A stretch of DNA of 64,000 bases from Eledone cirrhosa. Taxonomy: Eukaryota. Below, one piece after another: positions 26,201-39,547 of this stretch. Made by a program: the position numbers and the translations under genes. How positions within the stretch are numbered: the first letter of the stretch is position 1; the number at the start of each line of letters is the position of its first letter. The stretch lies in the NCBI GenBank assembly GCA_964016885.1, contig OZ024743.1, forward strand, positions 29,078,001-29,142,000, given 5' to 3'. A model generated the notes under the pieces. The model made no database searches. It was not told the DNA's origin and saw nothing but the letters and a program-made list of their open reading frames with translations.

Positions 26201-26799
26201 TGTAAAATATACGTGTAGAATTGAAGCATATTTCTCTCGTGTCCATTTATGCATTTTTTATTCGAATAGGCTATGTAGCCGGTAAACTTTAAAGGGACGC
26301 AACACACATTGCTATAGCGTTTCACCAGCGCCTTCCTTCTATTGTTTGCATTCGTTTATGTATTTACGTGTAGATGTGTGTGTGTATAACTAAAGCGTAA
26401 CGTACGTTACAAATGGACGACTAAATGATTTTAACTTGTTTTTTAACAATGATGGTGGAAAAAATTTCAAATTGTCTTAACTCGGGCCGGAACTCATGGT
26501 GTCTGACACTCTTACCGGCTACATAGCCTCTTCCTTTTTGGTTTTGTTTGTGGCACTTGAGGGGTAAAGTCCGTCCCAACATTTAGGATGTTATCCTTTT
26601 TGTTGGGTATTGGTCCTTTTGCTTCTAAACTTGTCCTTTTTTGCGCGCATCAGTCATCGTACAATTTTTTTCTTAAGTTCAAAGAACAAACATCTGAACA
26701 TCGGAATGTTTTCTTTGAGTACATATTTCATTGTTTTTATAATGTAAGCACATGTAATATAATCAATAATCAGTCAATTGTTTCTATTTTTATTTACAA

Positions 26800-27195
26800 T
26801 AGTTTATAACTTTGCCTATTAATCCGTATGGTGGGCAAATGGGGTCTCACGTGCTGGCCTCCCCAAAGCCCCGGCGGACAGGATGGAGAAGACGTTTCCC
26901 CGAAGGATAGTGAGGGAGATGCGCTGGAAGAGCCATTCCAACTCGCGAGGCTCATACCTACGGCTGGCTACCTCCTTATGGTGGTGAATAGGGAGATAGC
27001 CCTAGGGACATGGACACCAGAAATCTCCACTGCCAAGGGCACAACCGCGAACCTGTCGGAGAGCGACCGGTACTTGGAGAGTTTGGCCTCCTCAGCCCGA
27101 CGTGCAGCGGAACCGGGGTTAGTCGCAGACTGCACCAGGTTTCGTCTGGAGAAAGTGTCGTTGCAAGTGGCATCCCAGACGAGGGGTTTGCCACC
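26800..27195 (-). mobile_element. CRE-clade LINE 3' end (restriction-like endonuclease)
   Basis: Minus strand: GGKPLVWDATCNDTF...GSAARRAEEAKLSKY...VPLAVE.SG; after a frameshift, FQRISLTILRGN. Confidence 0.8.
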
Positions 27196-27212
27196 TACTT
27201 ATTATTACCATT

Positions 27213-27397
27213 GATTGGCAGTATCGGTAGAGCGTCAGACGCCATGCTTTGCAGCATAGAGTTATGGCCTTTTGCGTGCTGAGTTCAAATCCCGCCGAGG
27301 TTAGCTTTGCCTTTCATCCTTATAAGATCAATAAAATAAAGTATCACTGGGGTAATTGCTGGCCTTGTGCCAGAAATAGAAACAATTATTATTATTA
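27213..27397 (+). mobile_element. SINE, same family
   Basis: Matches consensus. Confidence 0.88.
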
Positions 27398-27842
27398 TTT
27401 TACTTTATGGTTAATCCTGTTATAATCTCACCTAATATGCTTCTTTCCCTGGCAGGGTCAAACATTGTCAAAATCGATTGACCCCATAACTACTCATCCA
27501 ACAAGATGTTTGTGTTTTGCAAATAGAGATTTAAACATCATTTTTACCATCTAATTTTATTGGATTGGTAATAAAATATTAGTTTCATCTCCCTTAAATG
27601 AACCATTTTTTTCAATTACAATATTTTGGCTAATGTTTAATTCATGACAGATCAATTTTTGATCATCAACTTCCTATTCTCATAAATAAATTGGGAAAAT
27701 AATTTTAGCTCATATGGAGATTGCGTTTTTCCCCGCCAAAATTCCCGAGCTCATTAAAGCAAGGAAATACATGTGCTGACACCTATGACTAAAATCTATC
27801 GAAGTTATTTCCCCTAGTTGAGGCTAATAATTAATATTTTCT

Positions 27843-28050
27843 GACAAGCACAAGGCCGGCAATTTTTTTTGTGGAGTGGGGTGGGGGATATATCGATTAT
27901 ATCGATCACAATAATTGACTGGTCCTTTATTTTATCCACCTTGATAGGAATAAAAGCAAAGTTGACTACGGCGGTATTTGAAATCAGAACGTAGTGAGAC
28001 GTAACGGAATACTGCAAATCATTTTGTTCGACGCACTAACGATTTTAACA
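27843..28050 (-). mobile_element. Older, longer relative of the SINE
   Basis: CACAAGGCC tail, degenerate core and B box. Confidence 0.65.
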
Positions 28051-28544
28051 AGTCCACAGTCCTTTTGAGGTTATTAATTAATGACATTAAACTACATTCT
28101 GGAGCACTAATTCCCAAAGAGGAGGCTGGGAGACTCAAGAGGGGTACTGAAAAGCAAGGGAGTAATAGGAGTTTGTTGGAAGGCAAAGATTTGTTAAGGA
28201 TGAAAGGGCAAAAAAATACAAATTTGTCACCCAGTTTATACAATTAATGTTTCAATGAAATTTTGAAATATTAAAATGCAATTTTCAATGTATATATGTT
28301 TTATTTTTTAGCAAATTACAGGAGGGACTGCTAATGAAATATATTCTCAAAAAGGGCAGTAGCTCGAAAACGTTTGGACCACTATTATAAAGTAATACTT
28401 GGTGTTCATTAAAATACTTACCAAAATTCATCATGACCACAGGTTTGCTCCTCGAAAGTTCCTCTCCGAGGCGCAAAACTGGGCAAGGTATTGTGTAGAA
28501 GACCAGCAGTTGCATGTATATACCACTCCCCCTCCCCACGCCAG

Positions 28545-28722
28545 CGATGGTGTCCAAGGGAAAGGCAAAAGTCAACACAACTTAGTATCATTTCAGAATC
28601 CAGCTGAGTGAATTGTATCAAGGTGAAATAAAATGTCTTGCTTGACACAACACACCGCCCTGTCCGGGAATTAAACTCACAACCTCACCATTATGAGCTC
28701 AACACTGAGCTCCGCATCTTCA
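28545..28722 (-). mobile_element. Second tRNA-derived SINE family, degenerate
   Basis: GTGAAATAAAATGTCTTGCTTGACACAAC...CCGGGAATTAAACTCAC (reverse B box). Confidence 0.5.
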
Positions 28723-28877
28723 CTTTTGGAAATCTACACTATATCTTTTCGTTAGGAAGATGTAATCATTACGAAAGCTGGCAATTCAGTTACGTTACGT
28801 AATCATTCCAAACATCAGATAAATCTTGAAAGAAACACCAGAAAGAAAGAGAGCTATATTAAATATTTTATTTTTAT

Positions 28878-29264
28878 TGATCTGGCAGTATCAGTAGAGA
28901 GTCGGACACCATGCTTTGCAGCACAGAGTTATCTGCCCTTTACGGTCCGAGTTCAAATCACGCCGAGGTTAACTTTGCCTTTCATCCTTACGGGGGTCGA
29001 TAAAATAAAGTACCAGTAATGCACTGGAGTAATTGCTGGCCTTGTGCCAAAAGTAGAAACAATTATTATTAAGTGAATTGGCAGTATCGGTAGAGCGTCG
29101 GACACCATGCTTTTCAGCATAGAGTTATGGCCCTTTACGTTCTGAGTTCAAATCCCGCTGAGGTTAACTTTACCTTTCATCCTTACGGGGTCGATAAAAT
29201 AATATACCAGTAATGCACTGAGGTATTTGCTGGCCTTGTGCTAAAAGTAGAAACAATTATTATT
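28878..29264 (+). mobile_element. Two head-to-tail SINEs
   Basis: Copies at about 28878-29070 and 29073-29264. Confidence 0.9.
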
Positions 29265-30357
29265 AGGTATGTTAAATCATTTCAATCAGCTTTCGGATGT
29301 TGCTGCTGTTTTGCCCCAGATCTTCCCTGATGAGGCAGATTCCAGAATCGTGGCCATCATGTTTATTTGAATATCGAGCGGTCACATTGTTCAACGTATC
29401 TTTTTTTCATCTATCTATCGGATTTGGTTGAGATTTGACTGCTATTTTTAGCAAATCGTACATAGACAGCCGTTCACTGGTTTGTCATTCAGATGTTTTG
29501 TGTATTTATGTGTGTGGTGGTGGTGGGGGGAGGGAGTAAATCGATTATAACATCTCCATAAATCTTAAGCCTTGTGCAAAGATAGAAGTCTTTATATTTA
29601 AACAAAATAAAACACTAGGGAGTCAAAGCAGAAGCAAGGGTTTGTCTGCTTAGCCAAAACCAATAATAATACAGAAAAAAAAATAGAATAAAATAATATC
29701 AGTTCAATAAAGTTTACAAAACAAAGTCGGTTGTGGAACTGTGAGATAAAATTCTAGCATTTCAAACAAGGTTTTATTTTATCTGACTAATGTCTCCGTC
29801 CAAAACATTACAATTCACTACACATAAAATTACTCCATTGTTTTATCAAGCCAACGAGAGTATCACTAAATGGTTGCTGAGCCTACTAGAAATAGAAAGG
29901 AAATCTTCCTAAATAAGAAAGGACATACTGGACTATGTAGTCGTAGATAACCCTAAAAAGACGGAATGGTTACGACTGGAATGTGTTTAATCATACTCGC
30001 GCCTCGCCTAATCGATGTGACTAGTGATGCTCGTGAAGGCGCTTGGCTGTTTCAGTGCATCAACTTCGCCATCACCTTATGTAACGCTGCGAGCGTGCTG
30101 GCTTGCCTCAAAAATTATTAGAGAGATTTTCCAGTGTTCCTCGCGATATTGTTATCTTTTGCTCTGACAGCGGTTCGTTTGTCCGCCCCTTTCGCCTGCC
30201 TTTTGCTGCATGTGCTCCTAGATGTGTGTATTACATGCTTGTGTGTGTGTGTTTCTTTCTTTCTTCTTTTCCCTTTTTTCTTTTTTTATTTCTATTTGTA
30301 ATATTATGATGACGAGACGGTATGCTGACAAATGAAATTAATTACAACTTTCTCTCG

Positions 30358-30359
<2 letters not shown>

Positions 30360-30389
<30 letters not shown>

Positions 30390-31019
30390 AAGTTGTAGTT
30401 CCTGTCTGTTTGTTTGTTCACGAACTCCTCCTATGGTTTTGGAGATAGACCCCCATAACCATATATATTCTGAAACTTCGTTGTCCAGAGTATTTGGATA
30501 AGTATATTTCATTTTAATCAAAGACTTCCTCGGGGGCACAAACCCCCGCTGAAAACGCCCGCCGAAAATTTTTTCCCTTCGATTTATATGAAATTTAAAC
30601 CATAGATATGATGCCTATTCACAAAATTTCAGCAAATTTCAATAATATTAAGACACCCTAATGGGGGTTAAACCCCCCTATAGTGAACATTTTGAAAGCC
30701 CATAACTTGAGTATTGGAACTTTGAATTTCTAATTTGAAAATAATGATTCACACAAAAATGAAATGATCAAGTTTTGAATTGATATTTTGAAAACAATTA
30801 TTTACAAGAAACAAAATAAGAATAAGATTTAATAATGTAATTTTGATTTGATATAGTACAAAAAATAATGTTTTCCAATTTTTCATGCATTGCATTTTAC
30901 ATTGAGTAATATTGAAATGCAGAGTTTTTCTTTATAAATTATATCACTGATTTAAAATCAATCATCATTTTCTTACAAAAAAAGTGTGTGGAACGCAGCA
31001 ACGCGCAGGTAATTCGGCT

Positions 31020-31021
<2 letters not shown>
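30360..31021 (+). mobile_element. Non-autonomous Helitron-like element
   Basis: 5' TC..(TA)n AAAGTTGTAGT..CTGTCTGTTTGTTTGT. 3' GCAACGCGCAGGTAATTCGGCTGG|T (CTRR end). No TIR or TSD. Confidence 0.6.
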
Positions 31022-31078
<57 letters not shown>

Positions 31079-31550
31079 CTTTTTCACCCCTTTCGAATGT
31101 GTTACTGGCAGCGATCACATTGGAAAAAATCGGTCCTAAATGAGGGAGTCTCTTGATAAGCTTGAAGCCTCGTGGATAATGGAACGATTAGACATTTCTA
31201 CAAAGTGCAAGCGAAACTGTCGAAGTCAGGACTAGAGGAACATTTATCCATTATTTCTTCAACTTACATTGTAAACTTAGCCCCGTTTAAATGATTATTT
31301 ATTTAGTTAATTTCTACGACTAAGAAGAAATATTAAGTAAATTTTATCTGCCTGTTCTTCAAACTTATAATTTTAATATAGCTCTGATTAATGATTATTT
31401 ATTTAATTCATTCATTGAGCCACACTGTTGAAGCTAGCCTAAACTCATATATGAATCTGTGACTATGTTTAAATATATGTGTTCCTTATGACTTTGTTAA
31501 TATATATATATATATTAAAATAGACACCAAATATGTTTTTATATTAAATG

Positions 31551-31597
31551 CTGATTTACGAACGTTTCGTCCCCTTCCTGGGACTTGTCAAAATCAG
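31551..31597 (-). ncRNA. Minimal hammerhead, U3-A8 core variant
   Basis: CTGATT TTGACAA GTCCC AGGAAG GGGAC GAAAC GTTC GTA AATCAG. Confidence 0.72.
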
Positions 31598-31968
31598 TTA
31601 TTTGAGATTAAAAATCTTATTATAACCTCAGCAAAACACTCGACAGCCAGCAGCCAAAGAAATTATTTACATTTAAAGAATCCGAAAACGCCATAAGGCA
31701 TGGAAAATCTATGTTGTCCAACTACAGGAATATAACGTCAAACCACTCTAGCACATCAATACAAAAACTTATCTTTAAAATTGAGAGACGATAAATATAA
31801 AAAGAAAAATATAAACTTGATAAACAAAATTTATAAAAGATGAAAAGGAAAAAATAAAGACATATACGTATAAATATATATATACACACACACATATACA
31901 AATATAGATATATACATACATAACCACATACAAATATATGCGCACAAATACACATATATACACACATG

Positions 31969-32046
<78 letters not shown>

Positions 32047-32096
32047 CATACATACACACATACATACATACATACATACATACATACATACATACA

Positions 32097-32132
<36 letters not shown>

Positions 32133-32304
32133 CATATATATATTTACATATATACATACACACTCCCACCCATGCACTCATGTATAAAAATTCATACACA
32201 CAAATATATATATACACATACATAAATACACACATATATCTACACACACATATACATACATATACACACGCACATATAACAAACAACAACAAAAAACAAC
32301 ACAT

Positions 32305-33720
32305 ATCATCATCATCATCATCACCATCTTCGTTTAACGTTCATCTTCCACGCTAGCATGGGTTAGACAGGAGTTGTCCCACTTGAGGCAAGGCTGGTAG
32401 GGTGACCATGTCTCGCTCATATAGGACTATCTGGCAGGTTTCTACGCCTGGATGCCCTTGATAACACCAACTACATTTACAGTGTGGAACTGCGGACTTT
32501 TTACCGTGTTACCTACACGCAACATTACAGTGTGGACTGTGTTTTTGTCGTGACACCTACACGATCTCGATCTCGAACTCATTATCTCATATATTTGGAC
32601 TGGATGTTGTGGTACCAACTTTACAGAGAGAGGGTGGTGTTGGTGGGAGTGGGATGATAGGGTAGGGATAGTGGATTGGGGTGTATATTTGGTTAAGAGG
32701 TGCCTACTGACTGTAGATTTCACTTTGTACATAGGCGAGGCTGGTCTTCTGTATTGATGCGTAACGCCAAATATCTCGGTCCAGTGACATTGTCTTAGAG
32801 AAGTGCTAGTGTGTAAGGTCGGAATTTATCAAATCGTCCCAGAATTTTCTGGGTCTACCTACTCCGTAACTACCATCAATTTTGATCGCCCTGCACTTTT
32901 TTTATACAGCTGTCGTCTTTCATGCGCATCACGTGACCATACCAACGTAATCTTCTTTCAAGTAAACAGCATCTGATCCCTCTTATTCCTAATTTCTCAC
33001 TTAGTTCATTTATGCTTTGTCGTTCACGTATATTACTATTACACATCCAATGGAGCATGCATGCTTCGTTCCTTTCCAGTCTGCACAGGTCCTCTGCACG
33101 CAATGCCCATGTCTCACTACCATGTAGCATTGCTGTTCGTATACAGGCATCATACAATCTGCCTTTCATTTTTAGAGAGAAACCTTTTGTGGCCAACAGC
33201 GGTATAAGCTCTGTGAACTTTTTCCATCCCGTTCTGACTCTGGCTACTGTACTTTCAGAACACCCTCCACCACTGCTGATTTTGTCACCCAGGTAACGGA
33301 AAGTGTCCACTATTTGTATAGAACCATCTGGGCAATAGAAGGAGCTAGTATCCTGTGGGCACTTGCTACTTATTGCACTTGAGCATCGGCCTCATATAAA
33401 ATCTACGTTCTTAGATAGTTTACCTGTGATCCCACTACATCTTTTATGTACCCATAGTTTGCATTTGGGACATAAAATGCAATTTCTGCCTACTCCTTTC
33501 CTACACACTGAGCATGGCCATTTCCCCGAAGGTAGCTGTGTCCTATTTTCCTTTCTACAAACTAGAACTTTAGTCTTAGACAAGTTAACTTTAAGGCCTT
33601 TTGATTCTAGGCCATTGTTCATTGTTTGGAATTTCTTCTCTAGTTCAGCCATAGATTCAGCTATGAGAGTTAGATCATCTGCGTATAGGAGTTCCCATGC
33701 GCAGCCGGTATTAAACTTCT
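32305..33720 (-). mobile_element. RTE LINE, 5'-truncated; same family as 3391-5797
   Basis: ORFs 33392-33652 and 32876-33310 are close matches to the 4033-4673 peptides. (TGA)n tail. Confidence 0.92.
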
Positions 33721-33845
33721 ATGCACATACATATATACACCCACATACATATATGCCCACTCATCTGCTAGAGCGAGTACTCTGGTGGGTTATGGTCTAC
33801 CTGTGTTTTACCACACCCTATCTGATAAATTATTATATCTATATA

Positions 33846-33877
<32 letters not shown>

Positions 33878-34225
33878 ATTGGTGTTGGATGCTTAAAGCG
33901 TCCGTATGCGGTAGGCCGTTTGAGCACTCGATGCTCTCATAGAGCAGAGTATGATATCACAGAAAAAAAGAATCAGTGTTGTGACGAATGGAATTTATTG
34001 GACATATTACAATCGTTTCTCTGGCGACCAGATCGAGGAACGATCGATGCAATGATCGAACCTGACTCTGAAAATCGCAAGGTCCTCAGATACGTCTTGA
34101 TTGCGATTTCCAGAGTCAGGTTCGATCATCACATCGATCGTGCCTCGAGCTGGTCGCCAGAGAAACGATTGTAATATGTCCAATAAATTCCATTCGTCGC
34201 AACAGTGATTCTTTTTTTCTGTGAT
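33878..34225. mobile_element. Fold-back pLTR-like element with hammerhead 34001-34096 (-)
   Basis: Arms 33957-34079 and 34103-34224. GACGTAT CTGAGGA [long stem II] GAAAC GATT GTA ATATGTC. Confidence 0.72.
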
Positions 34226-34271
34226 ATATATATATATATATATATTTATTTATTTATTTATTTATTTTTAT

Positions 34272-36465
34272 TTGGACCTTGTTAATTTAATTAGTGAAAT
34301 CAAATTTCGTAAGTACAACAATAACTTTCAAACTAAACTTTCTAACGACATTTCTAATTTTAAAAATTCTACAAACACTTTTGTTCTTTCCGATAAAACT
34401 AAATATTTCTTTGAAGTAAATAGTATTTTGTATAACCAACCTTTAACAGATAGTATCACCAATAAATATCAATTAGCTAACAATAACACCTACAATACCA
34501 TTAATAAAGAAGCTAAAGACCTAGCTAGTATTTAAAAAATAGACAACCGGATTGAAAGCCTAGCTAAACGTAAAGCATATATTACCCTTAAAGACCCTAA
34601 ATCAGACTTCATTAATCGACCTAGCTGTAGACTAATTAACCCGGCTAAATCTGAAGTTGGCCTTGCAAGTAAAGAAATCTTAAGAAAAATAATACTCCAA
34701 ATTAGAACTAAGACTGACTTATCACAATGGTTAAATACATCCTCTGTTATTTCTTGGTTTAATAATATACAATGTAAAAATAAGTGTAGATTTACCCAAT
34801 TTGATATTGTTGATTTTTACCCCTATATTTCCTATTGTCTATTTTTACCCCTTTGTTTCCTTATTAAAAGCTTAGATTTTGCAAGACCTTTCATTAATAT
34901 TTCTAAATTAGAAGAAGACATTATCTTTCATGCTAGGAAAACTCTACTCTTTACTAATGAAAGTATTTGGGTTAAAAAGTCAAGCCCTGAAAACTCTTTT
35001 GATGTTGCGATGGGTTCATATGACAGTGCTGATGTGTGCGACTTAGTAGGATTATTCCTTCTCCACGCCCTTAAAGAGAAATTTCCTTCCCATAATATCG
35101 GTTTATACCGAGACGACGGATTGGCAGTTTCTCATACCACCAACGGCCATAACCTTGATAAATTCCGTAAGGATTTAATCAATACTTTTGCTAACCTAAA
35201 CCTTAAAATTACTATAGATACGAACCTTACTAATGCTAACTTTCTTGATATTAATCTTGATCTACTTACTGCCTCTTTTAAACCTTATCATAAACCTTAC
35301 GCGAATCTAAGATATATACACAAAGAGTCTTGCCATCCCCCAATAGTTTTTAAAAATCTTATTCCTAATATTAGCCGTAGGATATCTACCTTATCTTCGT
35401 CTCTAGACATTTTTAACAAAGCTGCCCCTATTTATAATAAGGCCCTCGATAACAGCGGCTTTACAGAACATATTAAATATTTACCTACTCCCCTCTCTAA
35501 AACTAATCACAATAACAGGAAAAGGAAAATTATTTGGTTTACACCCCCTTCTCTCTAACTGTCAAAACTAATGTAGGAAGGAAATTCCTTGACCTCCTAG
35601 ACAAACATTTTCCCCCTAATCATAGATATTATAAAATATTTAATAGAAATGTAGTCAAAATCAGTTACTCTTGCTGTCCATCAATGAAGACTAAAATTAC
35701 CAACTCTAATCGTACGAGAGTAAATCCAGGATGCAGTTGCAGGAAGCCGGAAGAATTCCCATTACAGGGCAAATGTAATACTAAATCCGTCATGTATGAG
35801 GCCAAATTGATACCGTTGATTACAACCAGCCAGCCAGGAGTGAACGATATGTTCGCATGACTCAGGACAGGTTCAAATCCAGGTTTTATGCACATGTCAC
35901 TTCTTTTAAACAACCTGAAAAAAGAACAGCAACGGCTCTCGCAAATAAAGTGTGGGAATTCAAAGACAAAAACATCCCGTACACTATCTATTGGTCTATT
36001 TTTGACCATTGAAGAGAATACCAAAGGGGCACAAAGAATTGTTCTTTGTGCACCACGGAAAAATTTAGAATTCTCCAAAATTTGAATGCCACTTCCACTT
36101 GCCTTAACTCCAAGACCGAGATTTTAGATGTTGTCCTCACCTGAAATCACATATGATTTTGTAACTGGATTGACATTCCTACGATGACTCAACCACGTTG
36201 AACTTCTTCTTTACTCATTACGCCTTACATCCACTACGATTATTATTATTCTATGAACTCACATTCTTTACCCATATATTCTTTTTCTCCCTCATCTCTT
36301 ATATTTATATTTTTTTTCCTGTGTTATTTATAATTCTGTCGACTTATATTCCCCCTCCTTTTTACCTTACCCTTTACACACCCACCTCTTTTTTATATAT
36401 ATATATATATTTCTGTGTGTATGTATGTATATATATGTATATATATATGTATATGTGTATGTATG

Positions 36466-36502
<37 letters not shown>

Positions 36503-36690
36503 ATAACGAAGGAAATGTGGTAAGGAACCAGGTGGACCATAACGCACCAAAGTACTCAATACTTGGGGTAGTAGAGTGGATAATAGGAACCAGTAAGACC
36601 CCGACAGCTGAGCTCAAGCCGCTTCGACGGCTAATTCTCAGAATTAGCCGTCGAAACGGCTTGAGCTCAGCTGTCGGGGTCTTACTGGTT

Positions 36691-36780
<90 letters not shown>

Positions 36781-36967
36781 CTTATGTGAGTGTGTAATTA
36801 TTGTGCGTGTATATGCGTATATGTATTTATATATATGTGTTTGTATATGTATGTATATTTATATATATATATATATTTATGTGTGTGTGTGTGTGTTTAT
36901 GTGTGTGTGTTTTTTTACATATACGTGGTGATGCAACTTTATGTATGTGTGTGTGTGTATATGTGTG

Positions 36968-37025
<58 letters not shown>

Positions 37026-37163
37026 TAAATATACAAAGATATTAAATATTTAATGTCATTGAATATTTACTCCAGGAAACTGTTGAGTGCTCTAAATCAG
37101 TTATAAACATTTATATTTTTATTTATATTTGTCGGATTTCCAACTTATTGAATACCCCTTCCA

Positions 37164-37170
<7 letters not shown>
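34272..37170 (+). mobile_element. Penelope-like element (Hydra-clade-like): RT + GIY-YIG pseudogene and start of 3' UTR
   Basis: MGSYDSADVCDLVG, GLYRDDGL, RKRKIIWFTPPF, KIFNRNVVKISYSC, CSCRKPEE.PLQGKC. Several stops and frameshifts. Coding ends at about 36165. Confidence 0.92.
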
Positions 37171-37194
<24 letters not shown>

Positions 37195-37198
<4 letters not shown>

Positions 37199-37999
37199 AA
37201 TTAAGTTAAAAATGTACATCTACATATGCATACTGAAATACTAGTGTGCATATGAATACACACACGTATACATATGTAGATGTAACAAGTCTTTCACTGA
37301 TTGCTTTACTGTGAGCAACCCAGCTATTCTGTATGTAAACACACAGACAAACCGGTTTTTAGAGTCATACTGGTTTTCGAGGAAACACCTTCCCTCTATT
37401 CTCCAGAAAGCCAGAAAAGGAATATTGAACTAGTTTCGTTGTTGTTACAACTCATTAGAAATATTTACCTATCTACCGGCCTTTCTGGAGAATTGTAAAA
37501 GCACATATCGTTATATGCTTTTTCTATGAAAATTAGTAGTGGGCAGGCTAATTTGCATAGAGTGTGAGTACGCACCGGTTCAGCGGAGACGATAAAAACA
37601 AATAACGAAGCGAAATTAAATTTCGTTTCGTTTGTAACTCACTTTTGTATGACTGACGCTTAAACAATTAAGTTAAAAATGTACATCTACATATGCATAC
37701 TGAAATACTAGTGTGCATATGAATACACACACGTATACATATGTAGATGTAACAAGTCTTTCACTGGTTGCTTTACTGTGAGCAACCCAGCTATTCTGTA
37801 TGTAAACACACAGACAAACCGGTTTTTAGAGTCATACTGGTTTTCGAGGAAACACCTTCCCTCTATTCTCCAGAAAGCCAGACAGGGAATATTGAACTAG
37901 TTTCGTTCTTGTTACAACTCATCAGCAATATTTACCTATCTACCGGCCTTTCTGGAGAATTGTAAAAGCACATATCGTTATATGCTTTTTCTATGAAAA

Positions 38000-38002
<3 letters not shown>
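37195..38002 (-). mobile_element. Retrozyme-like element: 467-bp non-coding unit x1.7 in (TA)n
   Basis: Direct repeat with period 467. HHR at 37888-37932 (intact) and 37421-37465 (core mutated). Confidence 0.8.
37888..37932 (-). ncRNA. Minimal type I hammerhead with palindromic stem III
   Basis: AATATTG CTGATGA GTT GTAACAAG AAC GAAAC TA GTT CAATATT. Confidence 0.85.
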
Positions 38003-38083
<81 letters not shown>

Positions 38084-38480
38084 CAAGGTCTAGCAAATAG
38101 AGAAAATGTTTTAAAATAATTTTAAAAATTCGCAGTACTTACTATATGTGCCTTTACCGCGGTTTCATGCTCCAGAATAAATGGAAAATCCAAGGGGATT
38201 TCCATATTTCCATTGAGAAGGGAGCAATCTTGAGAGGGCTCTTCTCTCTCGGAGAATATAAAATTCCCGAGTTCAAATCACAAACTGACGCCATACAAAA
38301 CCGTTTCGAAATGAGAGCGAATGATGGAAGAAATAATTGTGTCTGGTGCCGTGTGCAAAGACAAAAGGCAGAGTGGACAGGTCAATGTCCTGCCACTCGA
38401 AATAGCAGCAGTCCAAACAGCCAAAATTTTATCTCTACCTTAGGGGAGATTAATAATAATAAAGTATGAATTCCTACATG

Positions 38481-38512
<32 letters not shown>

Positions 38513-38516
<4 letters not shown>

Positions 38517-39154
38517 AATAGAATGAAACGAAATTTCATTTCTCACTCTTAGTACGGCACTTACTTAAATTTAAGTATGTATGTATACGTACATACATAT
38601 ATGTATACAGACGTACAGTAGTATGTATATATATACATACGTGCACACATATATATATATATATATGCACGTATCGGTTTACCGAACATTTATTATAATG
38701 CTCGGTTTGTTTGTTTGTAAACAAACAAACAGCCCGAATTACGCCGTATAGTGTTTAGGCAACCACGTCACCTTTTTGTTCAACACTGACACAGGAACGA
38801 TGTACTAGTTTCAAGCCTATTAGCCATCGTCAGCATCGTATACCTTCCTGCCAGATGGCCGAACGTCTGAAAGTATATACTTTCCTTATGCATATCAACG
38901 GCTGAGCAGCCTAATTTGCATATCGAGTGAGTTCAGTCGACCGGGCACACCGAAAACGATAAATGGAATAGAATGAAACGAAATTTCATTTCTCACTCTT
39001 AGTACGGCACTTAGTTAAATTTATGTATGTATGTATACGTACATACATATATGTATACAGACGTACAGTAGTATGTATATATATACATACATGCACACAT
39101 ATATATATGCACGTATCGGTTTACCGAACATTTATTATAATGCTCGGTTTGTTT
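38513..39154 (-). mobile_element. Retrozyme-like element: 450-bp unit x1.4 in (TA)n
   Basis: 38513-38715 is repeated from 38963. One HHR. A related fragment is inverted at about 40275-40330. Confidence 0.8.
38792..38850 (-). ncRNA. Minimal type I hammerhead
   Basis: CAGGAA..CGATG CTGACGA TGGCTAATAGGCTT GAAAC TA GTA CATCG TTCCTG. Stem II imperfect. Confidence 0.75.
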
Positions 39155-39477
39155 ATATATATTTGTTTATATATATATATATGTTTATACATATATATAT
39201 ATGTGTGTGTGTGCGTGTGTATGTGCGTGCGTATGTACGTGTACATATGCGTATGTGTGTATGTATGTATATTTTTATATATAAGTAATTATTTATATAT
39301 ATGTGTGTATGTGGTTGTATTTATTTTATCTCATGTATATGTGTGTGTGAATGTATATATATATTTTTATATATGTATATACACCTACATTTGTGTATAT
39401 GTACCTATACATGTGGTTGAGAGTATATGCGTGCGTATGTGTGTGTATGCATGTGAATATATATATGTGTGTATTGA

Positions 39478-39544
<67 letters not shown>

Positions 39545-39547
39545 ATT

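Noticed and set aside
31146-31227. Hammerhead-like TTGATAA GCTTG..CAAGC GAAAC T GTC
   Set aside because: Stem I is only about 2 bp and the stem III loop is 1 nt. Not listed as a feature; mentioned only as a possible decayed U3-A8 case.
31722-32304. Long ORFs rich in YI/CV/HT (also 36198-37053, 39023-39583, 51517-53519, 56628-56893)
   Set aside because: Translations of (TA)n, (CA)n and (TACA)n microsatellites, not genes.
34272-36165. Selenoprotein-type (Naiad) PLE with recoded stops
   Set aside because: The EN is C-terminal, and the interruptions seen include TAA and frameshifts, consistent with ordinary decay.
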